Below are positions 6,230 through 7,692 of a stretch of DNA of 7,692 nt, piece after piece. Origin of the DNA: a virus (Duplodnaviria > Heunggongvirae > Uroviricota > Caudoviricetes); IMG/VR virus record IMGVR_UViG_2579778773_000006; one strand, 5' to 3'. The notes beneath the pieces are model-generated. The model made no database searches and was not told the origin of the DNA. It saw nothing but the letters and a program-made list of their open reading frames with translations. The stretch's first letter is position 1. Each line of letters opens with the position of its first letter. Position numbers and translations under genes: made by a program.

Positions 6230-7392
6230 TGCTGGATGCACTGACATTTGATGCAGGCAGTACGCTGACGCCGGATTACATGCTGATGCTCGACAGCAGG
6301 GATATTACCGGCAATATCAGCGACCGTCTGATGAGCATGACCCTGACGGATAACCGGGGCTTTGAGGCTGACCAGCTTGATATTGAACTGAACGATGCCG
6401 ACGGGCAGGTCGGACTGCCGGTTCGTGGCGCTGTCCTGACGGTGTATATCGGCTGGAAAGGTTTTGCCCTGGTATGCAAAGGGAAATTCACCGTTGATGA
6501 GGTTGAACACAGGGGCGCGCCGGATGTGGTCACTATCCGCGCCCGGAGTGCAGATTTTCGCGGGACGCTCAATTCCCGCCGTGAAGGCTCCTGGCATGAC
6601 ATCACGCTCGGTGCGATTGTTGAGGCGATAGCCTCCCGTAACAGGCTGGAAGCCAGTGTTGCTCCGTCACTGGCCGGAATAAAAATTCCACACATCGACC
6701 AGTCGCAGGAGTCCGATGCGAAATTCCTGACCCGCCTTGCTGAACGCAACGGCGGTGAGGTGTCGGTAAAAATGGGAAAACTGTTGTTTCTCAAGGCGGG
6801 GCAGGGGGTGACGGCCAGCGGTAAAAAAATCCCGCAGATTACCATCACCCGCAGCGATGGCGACCGACATCATTTTGCGATTGCTGACCGTGGAGCCTAC
6901 ACCGGCGTAACGGCAAAGTGGTTACACACCAAAGACCCGAAGCCACAAAAGCAGAAGGTAAAACTGAAACGCAAAAAGAAAGAGAAACACCTGCGCGCAC
7001 TGGAGCACCCGAAAGCGAAACCGGTCACGCAGAAGAAAGCACCAAAAGTACCGGAAGCGCGCGAAGGTGAATACATGGCCGGTGAGGATGACAATGTTTT
7101 TGCCCTGACCACGGTATATGCCACGAAAGCGCAGGCCATGCGCGCCGCTCAGGCGAAGTGGGATAAACTGCAACGGGGCGTTGCGGAGTTCTCCATCAGC
7201 CTGGCTACCGGTCGGGCAGATATTTACACGGAAACACCGGTTAAGGTGTCAGGCTTTAAGCGCGTCATAGACGAGCAGGACTGGACCATCACTAAGGTGA
7301 CACATTTTCTGAATAATAGCGGCTTCACGACGTCCTTAGAGCTTGAGGTCAGGCTTTCTGATGTGGAGTACGAAACAGAAGATGATGAGTGA
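6229..7392 (+). CDS. D: Tail/baseplate protein gpD (late control gene D family)
   Basis: 387-aa ORF, equal in length to P2 gpD. The start ATG overlaps the U stop (TAATG at 6227-6231), suggesting translational coupling. Last structural gene before ogr, as in P2. Confidence 0.9.
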   Translation: MLDALTFDAGSTLTPDYMLMLDSRDITGNISDRLMSMTLTDNRGFEADQLDIELNDADGQVGLPVRGAVLTVYIGWKGFALVCKGKFTVDEVEHRGAPDVVTIRARSADFRGTLNSRREGSWHDITLGAIVEAIASRNRLEASVAPSLAGIKIPHIDQSQESDAKFLTRLAERNGGEVSVKMGKLLFLKAGQGVTASGKKIPQITITRSDGDRHHFAIADRGAYTGVTAKWLHTKDPKPQKQKVKLKRKKKEKHLRALEHPKAKPVTQKKAPKVPEAREGEYMAGEDDNVFALTTVYATKAQAMRAAQAKWDKLQRGVAEFSISLATGRADIYTETPVKVSGFKRVIDEQDWTITKVTHFLNNSGFTTSLELEVRLSDVEYETEDDE

Positions 7393-7410
7393 TGTTTTTG
7401 TTTTATCTGT

Positions 7411-7439
7411 TTGTTTTATAAGGATAAATTAACTAAAAT
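7411..7439 (+). promoter_or_regulatory. Candidate sigma70-type promoter for ogr
   Basis: TTGTTT (7411-7416), 17-nt spacer, TAAAAT (7434-7439), located in the AT-rich D-ogr intergenic region about 35 nt upstream of the ogr ATG. Sequence-only prediction. Confidence 0.3.
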
Positions 7440-7473
7440 GGCACCATCAACAAAACCGGAAGAGGTGCTCGCG

Positions 7474-7692
7474 ATGTTTCATTGTCCTTTATGCCAGCAT
7501 GCCGCACATGCGCGTACAAGTCGCTATATCACTGACACGACAAAAGAGCGTTATCACCAGTGTCAGAACGTGAATTGCAGCGCCACGTTCATCACTTATG
7601 AGTCGGTACAGCGATACATCGTGAAGCCGGGAGAGATCCACGCCGTAAGGCCGCACCCGTTGCCATCAGGACAGCAAATTATGTGGATGTAA
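7474..7692 (+). CDS. ogr: Late gene transcriptional activator Ogr (zinc-finger protein)
   Basis: 72-aa product MFHCPLCQHAAHARTSRYITDTTKERYHQCQNVNCSATFITYESVQRYIVKPGE... with C-x2-C ... C-x4-C zinc-binding cysteines, recognisable as P2 Ogr. AGGTG RBS at 7463-7467, 6 nt before ATG 7474. The ORF-track entry starting at 7411 is a 21-codon in-frame upstream extension with no RBS and is not used. Confidence 0.9.
   Translation: MFHCPLCQHAAHARTSRYITDTTKERYHQCQNVNCSATFITYESVQRYIVKPGEIHAVRPHPLPSGQQIMWM

Larger units (their letters stand above)
841..7692. mobile_element. Segment of a P2-like (Peduovirus) phage/prophage: late tail operon FI-FII-E/E'-T-U-D plus ogr
   Basis: Conserved gene order, gene lengths and recognisable protein sequences of the P2 tail module. 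The cargo gene at 1-816 lies within the same element but is compositionally distinct. The window ends at the ogr stop, so downstream att/int is not visible. Confidence 0.85.

Noticed and set aside
6139-7173. Minus-strand ORFs within U and D (6139-6597, 6276-6848, 6667-6873, 6897-7139, 6922-7173)
   Set aside because: They are antisense to well-supported structural genes. The last two are produced by the purine-rich lysine-codon tract of D and encode Phe/Leu-rich nonsense.
7411-7473. 5' extension of ogr (ORF-track start at 7411, MFYKDKLTKMAPSTKPEEVLA...)
   Set aside because: Recognisable Ogr begins at MFHCPLCQ (ATG 7474), which has an AGGTG RBS 6 nt upstream. The extension overlaps the AT-rich promoter-like spacer and has no RBS.
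1-7692. CRISPR arrays, tRNA/rRNA genes, transposase or IS elements, integrase
   Set aside because: No direct-repeat/spacer periodicity, no tRNA-like cloverleaf candidates in the intergenic regions, and no ORF with transposase or integrase character. Every ORF of appreciable length is accounted for by the cargo gene and the P2-type tail genes.

Overview
This window is the tail-gene late operon of a P2-like (Peduovirus-type) enterobacterial phage or prophage, preceded by a compositionally foreign cargo gene. Gene order on the + strand is: AT-rich cargo ORF (1-816) with an N-terminal HNH-like Cys/His motif; intrinsic terminator (965-993); FI tail sheath (1089-2279); FII tail tube (2292-2810); E tail assembly chaperone (2868-3143) with a -1 frameshift extension E+E' (to 3295) at a TTTTTTG slippery site; T tape measure (3288-5735); U (5750-6229); D (6229-7392); ogr zinc-finger late activator (7474-7692). 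All phage assignments rest on my recognition of the translated proteins and the conserved P2 gene order and lengths (FI 396 aa, FII 172, E 91, E+E' 142, T 815, U 159, D 387, Ogr 72); no database search was run. The most interesting element is the cargo ORF at 1-816. It sits where P2 carries the variable Z/fun locus, immediately upstream of FI, a position known as a hotspot for anti-phage defence cargo. Its function is not recognisable beyond the HNH-like motif, and it starts at the window edge, so any upstream partner genes are unseen. No tRNA, rRNA, CRISPR array or transposase was seen.
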